Positions 39,150 to 49,951 of a DNA stretch of 64,000 bases are shown here, piece after piece (the stretch's first letter is position 1; every line of letters begins with the position of its first letter). The DNA is from Camelus dromedarius (taxonomy: Eukaryota), in the NCBI RefSeq assembly GCF_036321535.1, contig NC_087436.1:112408001-112472000 (forward strand). Direction: 5' to 3'. The position numbers and the translations under genes were made by a program. The notes under the pieces were generated by a model. It saw only the letters and a list, made by a program, of their open reading frames with translations, had not been told where the DNA came from and did no database searches.

Positions 39150-39354
39150 ATGGCGGGCGTCGGCGACGCGGCCGCCCCGGGAGGAGGCGGCGGTGTCGGC
39201 GCGGACGGCCCGGAGCGGGACGGCCGCGGCGAGGCGGAGCAGCCGGGCGGCGGCGGCGGCGGCGGTCACGGGCCCCCGCCGGCGCCTCAGCACACGGAGA
39301 CGCTGGGCTTCTACGAGAGCGACCGGCGGCGGGAGCGGCGCCGCAGCCGCGCAG
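39150..39354 (+). CDS. TAPT1: TAPT1 coding exon 1 (68 codons + 1 nt)
   Basis: ATG in strong Kozak context (gaacATGG). Translates MAGVGDAAAPGGGGGVGADGPERDGRGEAEQPGGGGGGGHGPPPAPQHTETLGFYESDRRRERRRSRA, matching the recalled mammalian TAPT1 N-terminus. Ends at donor CAG|GTGAGG, phase 1. Confidence 0.96.
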
Positions 39355-42300
39355 GTGAGGCGGGCGGCCGAACGGGCGGCGCTAGGCCGCGGAGAGGGCG
39401 CCGAGGGCGGCGGGGGGGCGCCGTGGGACTCCCGGCCGCGAACCCCGCGGCCGCCGCTGCCTCCGGGGCCGCCCGGGCTGTGGGCGCGCGGAGCCGCCGC
39501 GGCTCCCAGGGCTCGGCTGCCACTGACAGCTCCGCGGGCGGGTCCGCGCGGCACCGAGGCCCCCGCGGCAGGCGCCCGGCCAGGTGCGTCCGAGCGGCAG
39601 GGCTGCGGCCGGGAAGTTCCGTCCCAGGTCACTTTACTGCTTCTGAAAGATCTTTAAAAAAACGAAAAGGCTGGGGTATTCTCGAGCCTCGATCATGCTG
39701 GCTAGCATCTCCCACGTCTCAGGGAAGCGCGAGGCTGATCTCTTCATTATGTTCGTGCCAAGGTGCCTTTTGTTCTGTATTTTAAGCGAACTTGAGCCAT
39801 AGAAACCTGTTAACCTGCCCTCCAAATACGTGTTCCTCTGCCGCAGCTGACAATGGTAATAATGACCGTGAAGTTCAGTTCTTTTGCCCAGAACAGAAAT
39901 ACTTAGCACTTCTCCTAATGTTACCAGTGAACTTTTCCTAAACCGAAACTTAGGCCACTTAAGAAAAAAAAAGAAGAAGAAAACTGCATTAAAAAAGATA
40001 CACTTGTGACTCCTACTTTCAGTGACCGGTTTTAAGCATGTTATTATAATATTATTTCTTAAAGCTATAGGAATTTTATCTTTGTTGTTAGAGGATTTCT
40101 TAAAACTTGCATTTGTACGCATACTGCAGTTGTGTATTGGGCTTAAGAATAAGGAAGACTTTGAGATGCATGTTTCAGATTGACTACAAAGTGATCACAG
40201 CATTTTAATTCTTGCATAATTCTAAGTTTCGGACAGCAGCTGAACCGCAATTCCATTAAATTTCTTCCAGCTAAAAAATTGCTTCTGGTACACAGTAGGA
40301 GCTGCATTAGCTGTTACTTTCTCCAGTTCGTCAGAATAAATGTTTAAGTCGTGAGGCTTACTGCATCATTGATTGTACCTTGGTATTGAGGATGTAAGAG
40401 TCATTAAATGCCTTAAGGCCAGTCAGGTGAGATCCTGAATGATTTGCTAATTTTCAGAATTAGACGTTGGTTAGAATTTGAAGAGGTCCTTATCTTTGAA
40501 AAATTAAGTACAGACTGTGCTTTTCATTGAACCATTTAAAAATTCTCAACCCTATTTTGGTTAAGTTGTCAGTTAAACGCTTGTGAGAGTATATACTTTC
40601 TGAATTGGCAGGATCTAAGTTAGGGTATTAAGTCTCTCAACTGTCTGTTTACTTACATAGGCTTAAAAATTAAAAGCACTGTGGTGCTAATAGAAACAAA
40701 TGTGGCCAAATGTCACTCCAATTTCTTTGAAATATTTCTGAGTTTTAGGAAAGCCACCTTCATTAAAGCCTTTTTTGGTTGGTTGCATGCACAGAAAATG
40801 AAGTTGTCAGGAATCTTGCCAGAAGCAGATATTAGGCTCCTGGATAAATCCTTAACACCCCTTCCCTGGCCCTTCCCAGCATGGGTCTGGATACCTGGTA
40901 TCGTGGACTTCTCTAGACTTCATGCTGCACATGCATTCTTCATCATGGGCTACTGAGCAAGGTTTACTTAACTTATTTGAAGCTGGACTTTTAACCCATA
41001 GCTACAGAAAGTCGTTGTCAGGGCACACTTCCAGCTTTAGTTGTTGGGGTAGTCCTTACTGTTCCCCTAGTTCCATCCATTACGCGTGAGGAGAGATGTC
41101 AGTGGCACCTCTTGGGGATTAGGGTGTAGGTGAGAATCCCAGGAGTATTTCAGCTGGAGTTGCCAGTCGATGTTGTTCCATCTGGGCTTCCCAGCCTTCC
41201 CCCGGGTATCTGTCCCTTCTCTGCTGGTCACACAGCTCTTGCTACTGCTGGTGAGGGCTCTCTAACTCTGATGCAGCACTGGTCAGGGCATCCTCGCTAG
41301 AGATTAGAATTCTTTCAGCCATTGTTAAATGCCCTTGGCTGCTAAGTGGCTTCTGTGTTCATCCTTACTATCCAGCATTGCTCCCTTCTGCTGCTCTGTA
41401 ACCTTCCTTTCCTCTCCTGTCCAGAATGTAGAAAGCTCTTCCCCAGGGGCTGGCCTGGGCCAGAGGGCCTTAGAGTGGCACCACCTAGTGTCATGTGAGG
41501 AGCATTTCTTCCTGAATCAAACATCTTCCAAGCCAAGGTGCTTGCACTTGTTACTTGTACATTTTTTTGTATTCTGGTGCTGCCTCTAGTCCTCTCTACA
41601 CACACCCCCAAACCTGCACACCTCCAATTTAGGGCAACCTTTGTCTTTCCTTTTGAAAGTCATAATCTTAATGTCTTGGTAGCCTTAACCATCAGTTAGT
41701 TCCAAAATCCCCTTTATTATTTCTCCCAAGGAATTTAGGGCTCTTATGAATTAGACATTTGTTGACCTGTCCTAACCACCTAGGATCCCATAAATGAATA
41801 TACAGATTAGATGATTAGCCAAACCCTCCCAATCCAAGTAAAATAACACAGTGTTTGAGGTTCCCATATTTTATACCTGTCCTTGTTCTTTTATAGGTTT
41901 ATGGAATATAGATGAACATTAGTTTGTGTATATACAGTTACATATACCATATACACGTGTCTGCATCAAGTGTGAGCGTTCTTTTTGTTTCTCTTTTCAA
42001 ACTCTTATGATCACATTGGTCTCTGAACTCCGTCTTTTACTTATATGTAGCCTGGCATTGGGCTGAGACTTTTCCAGGGTGCTGGTGCTTAAACCTTAAC
42101 CTAGTTAGAGATGGGTATCCCACTCGTCACTCCTGTCTTCATTCTCTCTCTCAAGATGGCCATTGTGCATTCGACCACTGCCTTAGCTGCTCACCTGTCT
42201 TGGACTCTGGGTATGGTAGTCATTGAAAAGTGCAGATTCATCTCTTCTGTCTTCTTTTTTTCCTACTCTTCAAAAAACAACCAACTTCTCTTGACCTTTC

Positions 42301-44949
42301 TGACATAAGAGCACATAATAAGCACATGTTACAACGTCTCTGTGCTTGTCCCCCACCTCACTCGTCTATAAAAGTTCTGAAGGGGAGATTTTCCTTCTAG
42401 CCGTATTCCCATTTAGGAATCCAGGTCCAACAAGTCAACTTTGGACTGAGTTGGGCAATCTGTCCTTGGCTTGATTTGGTTGCTTTGTACTCCATGCTTG
42501 CCTAATCCACTCGGCTCTGTTTCATAACGTCACTGCTAAATGGCTTAGTATCTGCAGTGTCTCAGTGGGGTCCAGTGATCATGGAGACTTCACAGTAGAG
42601 GAGTCTGGTGTGAAAGAAGTGAAACACCGCCCGGGGAGGAGGACAGCACCTGTGCAGTGCAGGTGCCGGAGTTTGCACTGGGCTGCGGGTCGCTTGTAAA
42701 ACAAAGAGCCTGAAGGAAGCAGTGAGCCAGCAGTGTTGCGTCTGACTGTTCTCGTGCCCTGCGGCCCATTGTTTTCCCTTTTAAGTGGTGACTCTTCACT
42801 TCTAGAGCTTGAGCCTTTTATTTGTCTCTCTTGTCTTTATTTACCCATTTCAGGACTCTTGCCCTACCCCCATAAAATGAACCGAGGCGGGAAGAAAGAC
42901 TAAACCCCAGAAAAGCCAGCCGGTCTCCTTTTTAGTGGTTCCCACAAAAGGTTTCCAGTGGGACAGGGGTTTTTGCTGTTCACATTCCCTGTGTCCTATT
43001 ATTTGTGTAATTGAAATTTTAAGTTCTTCTTACAAATAACATATTTTTATTAAAATACGTTTACGTTGAACCCATCTTCATCCTCCACAGAGTGTTACAT
43101 AGTTACTCCTGTGGCTTCCCAGACTTCTCCTGAGGCATGATTAAAGGCTGTGATTCTGAAAACGAAGCTGTAGAGTCAGTCAGTTTCTCATTTGCAAAGG
43201 AAAATAAGAATAACTGTAAAGCTGGCAGGGAAATTACCTGAAGTAACCCTAACCCCGATACAGGTAATGTAAAATTAGCTTCTTCGGACCAACTACTGCT
43301 CTGTTTTTAAAATTCTCACTTGCTTTACTTTAATACTTGTAAATTAAACAAGCGGTGAGAAGGTACTTATTTTGATCTTTGACCGGTTCAGTACCTTGGC
43401 TTTTTAAAAATGTTTAACATCAACCAAGTTCACCCTTCAGAATTCAGTGCTCGCAGCTCATTTGTGGCCCACTTTGGGGAACAGTTGAATACAAGAGGTC
43501 TTTGGAAAGGCTGTGTAGCATTCACTGGCACATAAATGGTGCTCTGCTCCCATGTTTAGTCCTTTATTTTGTAACCTTGTGACTTTGGGAAAGAATCATT
43601 GCTCTTTTTGAATCTGTTTTTGATCTATAAGTTTATAAATATTCTGCCTGTTCTTTACGTCCCTCGATGAGACTATAAACAATTTGAAGGCCTTAAAAGC
43701 TTGAATGGTACCTTTACTATATTTGACTTAGGGAAGCAGAATTGGTGTTGTATTGATTCCTCGTTGGCCTTGTGCAAGGGTGAGCCTTTGTACTTGTGTA
43801 ATAAATTTACAGTTAATCTTGTAGTGTAGCCTTAGTAAAGCTTATTAAAGTTTGACATTGTTTAGGACTGTGGAGATTTGCATATTTCATAGTATTTTCC
43901 TAACACTTAACCAGTATTACTTTCCAATTTTTTTAATGGTCAGTGCTATTTTAAGAAAGATATATTTGGGCATATTACCCAACATGTAAATGTATTTATG
44001 ATTCCTCATTACTTTGAATTAATACTTTTTTATCCTGGGTTCCTATTTCTAAAACTCTCTCAGAAGATAATTAAAACATACTATTTCTTTGTTTAGGGAT
44101 GAGAAAGAAACCATTTATACTGTACTTTTCCTCAATGTAAGATACTAGATCACAGGGCAATTCTGTGGTAGATGAATATTGGTTAAAAATTCTCTGGAGG
44201 AATTGACTTGGATTTATTATTATTGGTACTGTTTTCCTAGTGTCAAGTATTTACAGTTGGTAAGACTTACTTATTCAAATGTAGAAGCTCTTATTTATAT
44301 TACAATTAAATAGTAAAATGCTGCTATTTTTTAAAAGACTTTCACTGAATGATATTCCTTCTTGGTGAGAACTGGAGAAATTAACTAAAATTGGTTGACA
44401 TCTGAAAAGTTCAGAAAGCAAACATGTCAGTTACTTTATTTTAGAATATAATTTGCTCTTAGACTATAAAGACACATGTTTAGCGTAACAAATGAAAGTG
44501 ATTCTTGCCAAGAAGGAATGAAATACCACCACGGTATGGAAAAAGTTAAGGTACACCTAGCTAGCAGAATTCTTGAAGAGAGGGGTCAAAGAACAGTAGC
44601 CTTCCTAAATAATTAGCCAGGTGCTGTCCCCAGTATCACAGGACAGGTGAGTTCAGGTGAGACTGTGGAATGCTAGAGAACAATGTTTAAGACAGCAACA
44701 GCAAACAGAAACCCTGAAACACACCTACACTTCCGAACAGAAGACTGAGTAGCATCCTGCAAAATATATCTGTGCCGGGAAAAGATGGGGGCGGACCAGA
44801 CACGGCAGAAGGCTGTCTTGGTGGCTCCGGCCGCAGGGCAGCAGACTCCTCTTCTTCAGTGTGACTCAGAAGGCTCTTTCTGACAGGTTGCAACCAGGTC
44901 AGGGCCAGGTCATCTTCTCTCATATGACTGTCAGATAGACAGGTGGTAA

Positions 44950-45140
44950 TTGTGGTCCGGGTAGAGAGCACACTGGGTTCAGAGTGCAGAGCTCTAGGTG
45001 CTAATCCCAGTTTGCCCCTTAGCTTTTCAGTGACTTCGGACAAGTCTCCCAACCTCTGTGAGCTCCATATCCTTCGTTTGCAAAATGTGAACGCCGTTAA
45101 CTGCTCTCTTTTGCTCTCAGAACTGTTGTGAGGGTTTCAT
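44950..45140 (+). mobile_element. MIR SINE relic
   Basis: gtgacttcggacaagtctcccaacctctgtgagctccatatccttcgtttgcaaaatg...gttgtgagg. Confidence 0.7.
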
Positions 45141-45599
45141 GAAGTCGTGTGTGCAGGACCTTTGCCAGCTCCCTCAGGATGACGTAAAGAGGGAGACTCC
45201 CCCACCCTCAAGCAGGGCCGGGTCTCCGGGAGCAGGGGCGGGGGCGGTAAGATAAGGCTCTGGAAATATTTCACCCTATACAGCTTGGGGTTTTTGTCAG
45301 TATTGCTTTAATGTGTCTTTTGAAATCATTCCCAGCCCATTGGTGTGGCGTTGCTCATGGCAGACACTAGCCTTACATTCAGAGCTCTCTGGGGCCTGGA
45401 CACGGGAGGTCAGGGCACATGGTGCTTGCTTTTGAAAAGCTCATGGTCTGGTGAGGGAGCCCTGACTCGTTACCAGTGTAACTTCGGAGAAGTAAACCAG
45501 GGTTCAGGGTGCTGTGGGGGCACAGGAACAGGACGATGGGGTCCCGGTTTCCCAGAGCACAGTGTGGGCTGTGTGAGGCAGTGATAAGCACAGCATTCT

Positions 45600-45760
45600 A
45601 GTGCCAGCAGGCACACGAGTTAGGGATAGACTGCTTGATTTTGAAGGCTGGCTCTACCATTTGCTTCCTCTGTGACCTTGGAGGCCTCCTTAACTTCTCT
45701 GTGCCTTGGTTTCTTCATCCATAGAATGGGCATAATGACAGAACCTATGTCCTAGTTATG
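45600..45760 (+). mobile_element. MIR SINE relic
   Basis: ctgtgaccttgg...ttaacttctctgtgccttggtttcttcatccatagaatggg. Confidence 0.75.
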
Positions 45761-46839
45761 AGAGCTGTGCACTCGAAACATGTTTTATCATTTGATTTTT
45801 TAAAAGTGTTTTAACTTCTCCATTGGAGAATCTAAACTGATGTTTATAACTAGATGTACTGCATTTCTAGAGGTAGGATCCTGACACAACAGTGTTTCAT
45901 ATTTACAGTACAGTAAGACTCTCATAGGTTTATTTTGTGTAACTAGTTTATAGAAAATGACTTACTCAGGTTATGTAGTTTGTTAAATATGCTTATTTGA
46001 CATGTTGCCTTTTCTCTATGGAAACAGGGCTGCAGAAATAGCATCAATAAGCACTAGGTGACCACCAGTCATCGGTGGTCACCACTGTAGCTCATGTGGC
46101 GTTAACAGTAAGTGGTTCAGGACATGGTGTTGTGCTTCGCAGTCTCGTGTCCTCATACGAACCCTCCCCCGGTCCCTCACACGTGGTTTGTGGAAGATGA
46201 GCAGGTGACAGGTGCCACGGTTTTCTCTTCTGAGAGACTGAGTCACAGGCCTGGGGCCCCTCCTCTGATCGCTGGTCCCTGCTCTTGTGGCCCAGAGCAA
46301 ACCCTTGTTATGGTAAAAGCCCAGTCCTCTGCTGTCACTGGGGAGGCATTTCTGTGGAGGATGATTTTCTAAACAAACAGGGGTACAGCTATCTCCACAT
46401 TTTGGTTTAATTTGCTTTTTAAAATTTAAAATTGTGCTATAAGCTGTTTGTCTCCTTCACACACTGAGGTACTAGTGAGCCCCGCCCCCGCTGGCTGTGA
46501 CTGCATCGCGGCACCCTGTCCACTGATGGGTGACCTTTGCAGTCGTTTGGACACACACTGAGAGAAGGCTCCTTATCTCCAGCGGCTGCTGCGTTTATCC
46601 GGTGAGACACCCGGAGCTCTGCGCTCCTGCCCTGCTGATTCCTCCCCATCTCAGAACAAGTCTGTCTCAGCCACGAGCCCTCTTCTCGAGGATCCACTAC
46701 GTTCTGCTTTTGCCACTTCTGATTTCTGATTCTGCTCCTATCTCCGCCACACCCTCCTCTGTGATTTTCCTGCCTCTTTCCTGATCCATCCGTTCTCTTG
46801 GCAAGCCTTTGTTGAGCGCGTGTGATGTGCGGTGCCCCA

Positions 46840-47880
46840 GGATGCAGAGGTACAGAAGAAAACCAGACGAGAAGCAGGCGTAGCGCAGCTCCGGGCAGTG
46901 CGGGCAGGTGCAGGTGCTGTGGGGGCCGAGTGGGGGAGAGGATGGGGACGTGGGGAGGTCTCCACAGAGCAGGGGACGCCTGCGTGTGTTCACCGGTGGA
47001 AACGGGAAGGGATCTTGAGCCTCGAGCAGCGTGAGCCAACTGCAAGGAGTGAAGAGTGGTGTAACTGGAGAATTATGACCTCAAGGTTCTGGGAGGCGGG
47101 TGTGAGGCTCTCTTGAAACAACAGCCCGGGGCCAAGTGGGAAGGGGTCTGGTGTCCCCAGTGCTGAGGTGCAGACCTCACCTGGACGTGACCAGGAGTTG
47201 CCTGATGGTTTCCATAGCCCACCAGTGAACGTGCTGACCAGCAGCCAAGCCAAGTAGGGCTGAGGGGAGGAAGGATTGGAAAAAAGATGCCAGTCGGGAA
47301 GCCTTTGCAGTAACCTGGAGAGAGAGGATGAGGACCAAATGCAGGTGGAGAAGAGCGAGAGGGCAGAGTTCATAACTGTTTGGAGGAAGAGTCATTAGGG
47401 CTTGGGGAGAGAGGCGTGGGGATGATCAGAATTGGCCCGAGGAACTGTATCACTGGTGAAGCCCTGAGCTGGTCAGGGCTGCAGGAGCCAGTAGGGGTGG
47501 GGTAGGGGCAGGGCTAAGAGGGAAGATGCAGAGTTTAGATTTGCAGATTAAAGGTGCCTTTGGGATTTCACGGAGTTGCCCACAGGGCAGTTGGAAATAC
47601 GGGTCCAGGCTCAGGAGTCAGAGCTGAAGTAGGGTGACTTTAGGATTTAGATGGTGGTTTTGAACTTGGACTGCCCAAGGAGAGTATGTATAGGAAAAAA
47701 GAAAAGAAGAAAGAGGAAGTGGCTGACAACACATCAGAGAATATGGCCTTAAGGGCTGGCGGGTTTCAGGGTAACCTGTGCTTTGACAGGATGGAGTGAA
47801 TAGAGCACCTGCCAGCAAACACTTAAGGGTCAGGTGGAGGAGGAGGAGCTGCCAGAGAGACTTAGGTGAGAAGAGGCGAG
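46840..47880 (-). mobile_element. L2 LINE relic
   Basis: Purine-rich degraded L2 body (gggcagttggaaatacgggtccaggctcaggag). Strongly diverged. Confidence 0.45.
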
Positions 47881-49820
47881 TCAAAGAGCAGAACGCCACT
47901 GGGGGAGGTGCCAGGCCGTGGGGGCCCCACCGCCGGGCGGGTGCTGCTCGGGGTTCTGGTGGAGTGGCTTTTGGGGCTCATGACTCAGCTCACTGGCGTC
48001 AGTGAAAATTGTTTCTTCTGCTTTCTGGATGTCATCTTGCTTCCCGATTTTTACATGAAAGAATTGATATTTATAGATTTTAGGTAATGGGAACATCCCT
48101 TTCTTTCTATTTGAAAAATGAGCTGAGTAAGAGTATAATTGTTTGATCATTTTTTTTAGTTATAGCTGTTCTTGTTTGCAGCTCAAAAGATTTTTTCTCT
48201 CCTTCACATGCAGATCGTGTTCTGGATATAGCCAGCCAGCAACATATTAGAAGTTTCCTAACCAGAAGTTTTACTCTACACGGATTCGGTTATACTGAGG
48301 CCTTTTAATCTGAACATCTGTTAGTATCTGCAGTAACGTTCACATCTTGTGTACGGGGCACGCTCAGAGTGCAGGGGATAGTTCAGAGAGCTGTGTCCTG
48401 AGTGAATGCACTGAGAGCCCCTGGTGCCCTGGGCGACTTGGCCTGCCCCTGCTCTGGGCTGGAGGGGGCGGACGTCCGCTTTCCTCTCCATCTGTTTCAG
48501 GCTCCACGTAGCTCTCAAGGTACCACTAACTCTCTAAATAGATTATGAATCTTGTATTTAAAGAAACGTGTGTATATGTGTAATTTGGGGGAGAAGCTAT
48601 AACCTCTGTACACAAGCAAACCACTTCACATGATCCTTAAAGAACTGTTGGTCTGTCCCAGCGCTGGCGGAAGCAAGCGTTTTGGGCCCACTGGGGACAG
48701 TGGTCTGCTTCTAAGTGTATTTTTGTCTCTACACTCTTTTCCCCACCTCTGCCGCCTTAAATCCTAGCGCTCACATAAAACAGAACTCCTTAGGTCAATA
48801 GTCATAAAGGAAATCAGCTTCTTCTCTGTCATTTTTTGGAGGGAACACCAATACTGTATTTGGCAAAAGGACCGCAAGGCCAACTTATAGCAAAGAAGAC
48901 AGTGTGAAACCCTTGGCATCCTGAGTTCTGGAGGAGAGTGTGGCCTCAGAGAGAGTGAGAGTAGGAAGAATTACGTGGAGTCAGGAGTACTGAGAGGCCA
49001 CGGAGGTGATGGCCATCGGGGGAGTGCCACACGTCGGGAATAATTGGGGTTAGGCGTTAACAACCTTACCTTCTCATCTCAAGTCTGCCAGATGCAGCCG
49101 GGTGGAAAGTATTCAACCTCCTTGACCTTTCTTGCCTCATCTGAGACAAGATGACGGTGGGTGAACATCAGAGAAACAGAGGAAACAGGTGGACGAATCC
49201 AAGGAAAGGGAGGCCTTTCAGACTGGGTTGAGGGTCTGCTCTGTATGACGTAGGATCATCGTCATGCTGGGAAGCCGTCACCTAGGGAAACGGCATTCTT
49301 TAGACACTTGCACGATCTCAGAAGCTGAAGAAGGACGAACTTGCACCAGCATCCATGTAGTTCACCCAGGATAGTTCCTGGACTGAAGCAACGCCTTTTA
49401 GGTGACTTGGCTCCCTTTTGATTTTGTGTGTGCGTGTGTGTGAATATCTTTATTTTATGTATACTTGACAGGTACTGTTTTTACTTGAACATTACTTGAT
49501 CTCTCCATCAGTCCAGGTCCTGTTATCACCTGCAGAGACCCAGCACTAGGCTCTCACAAAACCCTTTTCTGACTGTTCTGGCTCATGGTAATTGTCCCTT
49601 CTACATTCCTGTGACATTTTCAGTTTATATCACACAGAGCAGCGCTTTTCTCAACAATCTTTGCTAATGGTTTGTGTGCAGTTCATTTTTGGGCACAGAA
49701 TTACAGATGACTTTGTTTTATTCTGTTGTTATATGTATGTATTACCTGTGGCCCCAGCTAGCATGTAAGTTCCTTGATAAACACTGTCCTTTTTGTTTTG
49801 TGTCATTTTTTTTCCCGTAG

Positions 49821-49951
49821 AGCTTTCATTGTTGAGGTTCCTCGGTGCTGAACTAACCAGAGGGTACTTCCTTGAACATAATGAGGCCAAGTATACAGAA
49901 AGAAGAGAAAGAGTGTACACTTGTATGCGAATACCAAGAGAACTGGAAAAG
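49821..49951 (+). CDS. TAPT1: TAPT1 coding exon 2 (131 nt)
   Basis: Acceptor ttttttttcccgtag| and donor AAG|gtactt. In phase with exon 1 it reads (E)LSLLRFLGAELTRGYFLEHNEAKYTERRERVYTCMRIPRELEK, a conserved TAPT1 segment. Confidence 0.97.

Larger units (their letters stand above)
38130..39620. promoter_or_regulatory. CpG island / probable bidirectional promoter of TAPT1
   Basis: Very high GC and CpG density against a CpG-poor background; spans the first coding exon. Confidence 0.92.
39355..49820 (+). other. TAPT1: TAPT1 intron 1 (10,466 nt, GT-AG)
   Basis: Defined by the exon 1 donor and exon 2 acceptor. Confidence 0.9.

Noticed and set aside
38196..39785. Long overlapping ORFs (478, 421, 211, 184 and 174 aa) on both strands
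   Set aside because: Expected from stop-codon scarcity in a CpG island, with Ala/Arg/Gly/Pro low-complexity content. Only 39150-39354 is supported as coding; upstream ATGs are treated separately as hypotheses.
46437..47373. Cluster of 70-200 aa ORFs in intron 1
   Set aside because: GC-richer intronic sequence overlapping an L2 relic; no recognisable protein similarity.
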